Below, piece after piece: positions 57,898 to 62,349 of a stretch of 62,349 nucleotides of DNA. The notes under the pieces are model-generated. The model saw only the letters and a program-made list of their open reading frames with translations, had not been told where the DNA came from and ran no database searches. The DNA comes from Ruminococcus sp. GTDB lineage: Bacteria; Bacillota; Clostridia; Oscillospirales; Ruminococcaceae. Each line of letters starts with the position of its first letter. The stretch's first letter is position 1. The stretch is from NCBI GenBank assembly GCA_017517145.1, contig JAFXAJ010000053.1:1-62349 (forward strand), written 5' to 3'. The position numbers and the translations under genes are program-made.

Positions 57898-59118
57898 ATG
57901 GATATTCTTCAGACCCTTAAAGACCTTTGGGAAGGTTCGGGTTTTAATAGTTTTTTCGTTGACGGCGGCTGGAAGAACCTCATAATGATAGGCGTAGCCT
58001 GTGTTCTTCTCTACCTCGGTATTAAGAAAAAGTTTGAACCGCTTCTTCTTGTAGGTATTGCATTTGGTTGTCTGCTTGTAAATCTCTCCTACTTTGGACC
58101 TGATTCTGCAGACGCACTTTATCATCCTGACTTATGGACAAATTTCCTTGATCCTGACAGCGAGTATTATCACAGTTATGGTCACATTCTCTCAAGCGGC
58201 GGACTTCTTGACATACTTTACATCGGCGTTAAGGCTGGTATCTACCCCTCACTTATCTTTATGGGTGTAGGCGCTATGACTGACTTTGGTCCTCTTATTG
58301 CAAACCCTAAGAGCCTGCTTCTTGGTGCAGCAGCACAGATGGGTGTATTCCTTGCATTCTTTGGAGCAGCTGCATCTGGTTTCTTTACAGGAAATCAGGC
58401 AGCATCTATCGGTATTATCGGCGGTGCTGACGGTCCTACAGCTATTTTCCTTACAACAAAGCTTGCTCCTGAGCTTCTCGGACCTATTGCAATTGCAGCT
58501 TATTCATACATGGCGCTTATTCCTATGATTCAGCCGCCTCTTATGAAGCTTCTCACAACAGAGAAGGAGCGTAAGGTTAAAATGGAGCAGAACAGAGTTG
58601 TATCAAAGACAGAGAAGATTATCTTCCCTATCATTGTTGCAATGTTCGTAATACTACTTCTTCCCTCAACAGCTCCACTTATCGGCTGCCTCATGCTTGG
58701 CAACCTCTGGAGAGAGTGTGGAGTTACAGAAAGACTTTCCGACACAGTACAGAATGCTCTTATGAATATTGTAACAGTATTTCTGGGAATTTCTGTTGGT
58801 GCTACAACAGCTGCTGACAGCTTCCTCAATCTTAAAACACTTCTTATCATTGTACTGGGACTTACAGCATTTTGCTTCTCTACAGTTGGCGGACTTCTCG
58901 TTGGTAAGCTTATGTACGTACTTACAGGTGGAAAAGTTAATCCCCTCATTGGTTCAGCGGGTGTATCTGCTGTTCCTATGGCAGCACGTGTATCGCAGAT
59001 GGAAGGACAGAAAGCTAATCCTTCGAACTTCCTGCTCATGCACGCTATGGGACCCAATGTTGCAGGCGTAATTGGTTCTGCTATTGCAGCAGGATTCCTT
59101 CTTACGGTATTCAGTTAA
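57898..59118 (+). CDS. oadB: Na+-translocating decarboxylase beta subunit
   Basis: FEPLLL, GAMTDFGP, IGIIGGADGPT, SAVPMAAR, HAMGPNVAG. Confidence 0.93.
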   Translation: MDILQTLKDLWEGSGFNSFFVDGGWKNLIMIGVACVLLYLGIKKKFEPLLLVGIAFGCLLVNLSYFGPDSADALYHPDLWTNFLDPDSEYYHSYGHILSSGGLLDILYIGVKAGIYPSLIFMGVGAMTDFGPLIANPKSLLLGAAAQMGVFLAFFGAAASGFFTGNQAASIGIIGGADGPTAIFLTTKLAPELLGPIAIAAYSYMALIPMIQPPLMKLLTTEKERKVKMEQNRVVSKTEKIIFPIIVAMFVILLLPSTAPLIGCLMLGNLWRECGVTERLSDTVQNALMNIVTVFLGISVGATTAADSFLNLKTLLIIVLGLTAFCFSTVGGLLVGKLMYVLTGGKVNPLIGSAGVSAVPMAARVSQMEGQKANPSNFLLMHAMGPNVAGVIGSAIAAGFLLTVFS

Positions 59119-59141
59119 TACAGATAGTTTAATAATCGGCA

Positions 59142-59179
59142 AAATATGGCTGTACAGTGTTTTCTGTGCAGCCATATTT
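59142..59179 (+). terminator. Intrinsic terminator-like hairpin
   Basis: AAATATGGCTGTACAG/CTGTGCAGCCATATTT stem after oadB. Confidence 0.65.
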
Positions 59180-59488
59180 GTATATATTTACCAAAGAATG
59201 AAAGGTGATATGAAATTACCAACAGTTTTCAACGGGTTTTAAACTGTATTTAAAGATGTATAAACAGTTTTTCCACTAAGTTTTCAACATTGGTCTGTCA
59301 AATCATGCTGAAAAATAAACATTCTTTGTGCAAATAAGAGTATTTGAAGAATCTGGGTTGACTTTTGTTTAAATTTGTATTATAATATTAAATAAGAATA
59401 AATATAAATATGTAAATATAAACAGATGTAAATTAAAGAAACAGAAAAAACATTTGTGTAGAAACAATCGGAGGACGACGGCAAGAAA

Positions 59489-60439
59489 ATGAAAAAAAAT
59501 AAGAATAAGATAAGCAGGCTTGCCGTTTCTCTGCTGGCATTGGTTATGCTTGTCTTTGCTTTTGACTCCGGGTGGAGAATCACTCATCAGCTTGATAATG
59601 AGGATTATATCGTGGAGGAAGGCAAATTCGTATCCAGAGGCGGAATTCCCGACTCACTTACCCTTGTTAGCGATACGAATCCAGAAGCTACTTCTCCCGT
59701 AGCAGTTGCAGATCCCGGATGTACTTCAAAAGCAGTAACGAAAGACGATATATTCAAGGGCAGACTTGTTCCCTACAGAGGGGATATGCCTGTAATTGCG
59801 GATATGTCCGAAAGCAGAGTTAATCTTGCGGAATATAAGAATGACTGTTATTCAACGTTGGGCGTAGATTTTCCGCTTACCAAGGATGCGGCAGACGGAT
59901 TAAATGCAATGATGCAGGATTATTCAAGTACTACAGGATTGACGGATTTTGCCATTTATGGTACGGAAAACACCCTGACAGGCTACGGTTCGCCTTGTCC
60001 TGTACCTTTTTCAGAGAATAAGGCAGGCAATACTGTGGATCTGGCAATTGTAGGTCTTTACGGTATCATCCAATATGACGGCGGTGATGAGGAAGCTTGG
60101 GTAATTCAGAATTGTACGAATTACGGATATGTTCTCCGTTATCCGCAGAATAAGAACGCTGTGACAGGGGAGGGTTATTATCCTTGGCACCTGCGTTTTG
60201 TTGGACATCCTCATGCTCTTGTAATGGGTGCGAATAATATGTGCCTTGAGGAATATGTGAAATTCCTTCAGGGATTCACTAAGGACGCTCCTTTTGAATG
60301 TAATGTGGGAGCAAGAACTTATGAGATTTACAGCGTTCCTTCAATGGGCGATGTAACATATATCAGCGTACCTTTAAGCGGAAACTATGAAATTTCAGGA
60401 GATGGTTCAGCTGGTTATATTATAACAATTGAAAAATAA
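59489..60439 (+). CDS. VanY/M15B D,D-carboxypeptidase-like protein, degenerate active site
   Basis: N-terminal TM; WV..NC..YGYVLRYP, PWHLRFVG; SxHxxGxAxD reads SENKAGNTVD. Confidence 0.78.
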   Translation: MKKNKNKISRLAVSLLALVMLVFAFDSGWRITHQLDNEDYIVEEGKFVSRGGIPDSLTLVSDTNPEATSPVAVADPGCTSKAVTKDDIFKGRLVPYRGDMPVIADMSESRVNLAEYKNDCYSTLGVDFPLTKDAADGLNAMMQDYSSTTGLTDFAIYGTENTLTGYGSPCPVPFSENKAGNTVDLAIVGLYGIIQYDGGDEEAWVIQNCTNYGYVLRYPQNKNAVTGEGYYPWHLRFVGHPHALVMGANNMCLEEYVKFLQGFTKDAPFECNVGARTYEIYSVPSMGDVTYISVPLSGNYEISGDGSAGYIITIEK

Positions 60440-60441
60440 TG

Positions 60442-60476
60442 AAACAGCACTTTATTTTAGATAGGGTGCTGTTTTT
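60442..60476 (+). terminator. Intrinsic terminator
   Basis: AAACAGCACTTTAT/ATAGGGTGCTGTTT plus T run. Confidence 0.7.
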
Positions 60477-60667
60477 GTATATATGCATAAATTTGTCAAA
60501 TATTTCTTGTGCATCTATACGAAAATAATTAATTAAATATGTTATTTCGTTTTTTTGGGCTTTTAAAATCACTTATATATAGAAGATGAAATAAATTCGC
60601 TTCTATTATTGTAAATGCACGAAGTAAACTGCATAATTTTGTTTAAATCAACCAAGGAGGACGTACT

Positions 60668-62349
60668 ATGAAAAAATTAACATCATTTTTATGTGCATTG
60701 TCGCTTATCTGCACAATGACAGCCTGCACCAAGAAAGAAATTGAAACGGAAACAATTCCCGAAGCACCTGTGGTGACACAGACGATGTACAAGGCGGAGG
60801 AAATGTCTGTGCCGACAGATTTCAGCTCTTTAATTTCCCTTGACTATTCTACAGTAAAGGGAACTGCACTTATTTATCAGAATAAGGATATGGGATATTC
60901 AGTTCAGTATTACGATGAAAACCTGAATGAAACTGAAAATTATCTGCTTACAGAGGGCGACATTTCATATTCCTGTATGACTTGTATGACACAGGACGGA
61001 ACGATTCATCTGCTTATCAGATCTGCTGAGTATGATGGAGATCCCACAGAGGACTATGAAAAATACTATAATGAGGCAATACCCAGATTAGAGATATACT
61101 CCTTTACACCTGAGGGTGATAAATCGGGATTTCTTACAGTTGAGGAGCTGCCCCAGTCATTCAATCTGATGAACAGTATCACGGATTTGCTTTATTACAA
61201 CGGCAACTACATTGTGTCAACCTTTGAAAAAACATATTTAATCGACAAAAACGGAATTGTGACGGAAAAAGAAATGGATATGGACGTTTCCTATGCCATT
61301 GATACAGAGGGACGGCTTGTGGCTTCAAAGTGGGAGGACTACTGCTATACCGATGAAAGCCTGAAATATTCAGATACTCCTACGAAATACGGGGAATATA
61401 TCCGCAGAACAGGCAAATTGTTTACAGGTATAGGGGCTTACAGCCTTTTCGGAGTTATGCAGCAGGGTATCTACGGTATGACCGCTGACGGACAGCTTGT
61501 GAAGCTGTTGGATTTTGTAAGCTCCCGTGTTGTTCCTACAGAGGTTTACGCTGTCAGCTATGTAGGCGAAGGAAAATTTGCCGCTTATACCACATCAAAT
61601 GAGGGTATACATTCACTTGTGCTGTTGACGGTCCGCCCTGATGATTATGTTGTAAACCGTGAAAAAGTTATTCTTGCCGTTGACGGAATAGATTCGGCGG
61701 TTGACAGCCATGCAGGAAATTTCAACAAGTCAAGCGACGAATACGAAATTGAAGTAAGACATTACGAACATGGCTCAGATGACCTTCGTGCTGATGTTCT
61801 TTCGGATAGCTCTCCCGATATTTACTATTATATGGATCTTGACACAGTTCAGAGTTACACAAATATAGGCGCTTTTGCGGATATGTATGAGCTTATGGAC
61901 AAATACGGCGGATTGTCCCGTGAGGATATTATGCCTAATGTCCTTGAAGCCTATGAAACAGGCGGGAAGCTTTACTTTATGTCGGATAAATTCTATGCAA
62001 ATTGCAATGTAGCGTGGAGTGAGGTGCTTGGCAAAGAGTACAGCAACTGGACAATGGACGAATTTTTCGAGGTTGTTGAAAATATGCCCGAAGATATGTA
62101 CATAGGCGATAAATGGTCATTTGACAGCAGACACGGATTATTCTCCTATCTCTGTCATGATAATGTGGAGCAATGGGTGGATTTTGACAATAACACCTGC
62201 GATTTCAACTCCGAAAGCTTCATAAAAACCCTTGAATTATGCCGTGATTTGAAGATTGTACATGAAGAAATTCCCGATTATGAGAATATGACTGATGAAG
62301 AAATGCTCGCTCTGGAGGAATGGAATGCGGTGTTGTTAAAAAATAAGGA
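60668..62349 (+). CDS. Large extracellular solute-binding-like lipoprotein (runs off window end)
   Basis: AAGGAGG RBS, MKKLTSFLCALSLICTMTAC lipobox; later FNKS...YEIEVRHY, SPDI, WTMDEF, CDFNSESF segments typical of SBP family 1; absent from the ORF track, presumably because it has no stop in the window. Confidence 0.72.
   Translation, partial: MKKLTSFLCALSLICTMTACTKKEIETETIPEAPVVTQTMYKAEEMSVPTDFSSLISLDYSTVKGTALIYQNKDMGYSVQYYDENLNETENYLLTEGDISYSCMTCMTQDGTIHLLIRSAEYDGDPTEDYEKYYNEAIPRLEIYSFTPEGDKSGFLTVEELPQSFNLMNSITDLLYYNGNYIVSTFEKTYLIDKNGIVTEKEMDMDVSYAIDTEGRLVASKWEDYCYTDESLKYSDTPTKYGEYIRRTGKLFTGIGAYSLFGVMQQGIYGMTADGQLVKLLDFVSSRVVPTEVYAVSYVGEGKFAAYTTSNEGIHSLVLLTVRPDDYVVNREKVILAVDGIDSAVDSHAGNFNKSSDEYEIEVRHYEHGSDDLRADVLSDSSPDIYYYMDLDTVQSYTNIGAFADMYELMDKYGGLSREDIMPNVLEAYETGGKLYFMSDKFYANCNVAWSEVLGKEYSNWTMDEFFEVVENMPEDMYIGDKWSFDSRHGLFSYLCHDNVEQWVDFDNNTCDFNSESFIKTLELCRDLKIVHEEIPDYENMTDEEMLALEEWNAVLLKNK

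Noticed and set aside
59489-60439. Vancomycin-resistance gene
   Set aside because: No vanHAX/vanRS context and the catalytic motifs are degenerate.
1-62349. CRISPR array, prophage, IS element, retron/RT or defence operon
   Set aside because: No regularly spaced repeats and no transposase, integrase, RT or nuclease-defence motifs in the ORFs; nearly all sequence is explained by the listed genes.

Overview
Mostly core chromosome of a low-GC, dockerin-bearing Ruminococcus-like (Oscillospiraceae) firmicute; the taxonomy is inferred from R. flavefaciens-type dockerins and gene order. The left 12 kb is accessory: a dockerin protein, tRNA-Leu(CAA), two ECF sigma/anti-sigma pairs (the first sigma has a premature TAA), an SDR, an alpha/beta hydrolase, a SAP/DUF6434-like protein, ackA and an LRR-dockerin gene. 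Then come tmcAL-C39 peptidase-HAD-mnmA-methyltransferase-rsmI, PHP/DUF218, a C1A peptidase-dockerin, a sugar ABC transporter with a long structured leader, the complete spoIIIAA-AH operon, asp23-nusB-TsaD-like-xseAB-ispA-dxs-tlyA-nadK-argR-recN, a degenerate GH42, a frameshifted dtd, a PBP, alaS-hit-PRTase-comEC-holA-rnmV, a degenerate MBOAT/DHHW pair, a four-gene Na+-translocating oxaloacetate decarboxylase cluster, a degenerate VanY-like protein and a truncated solute-binding lipoprotein. I see no integrase, transposase, prophage, CRISPR array or recognisable defence system. The best leads are: (i) duplicated promoter/leader modules, one with a covarying hairpin, in front of apparently inserted genes; (ii) a poly-T promoter spacer on the LRR-dockerin gene; (iii) a ~210-nt multi-hairpin leader on the ABC operon; (iv) an internal start that could give a secreted anti-sigma isoform; (v) several full-length proteins that lack their catalytic residues. 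All family calls come from motif recognition by eye; no searches were run.
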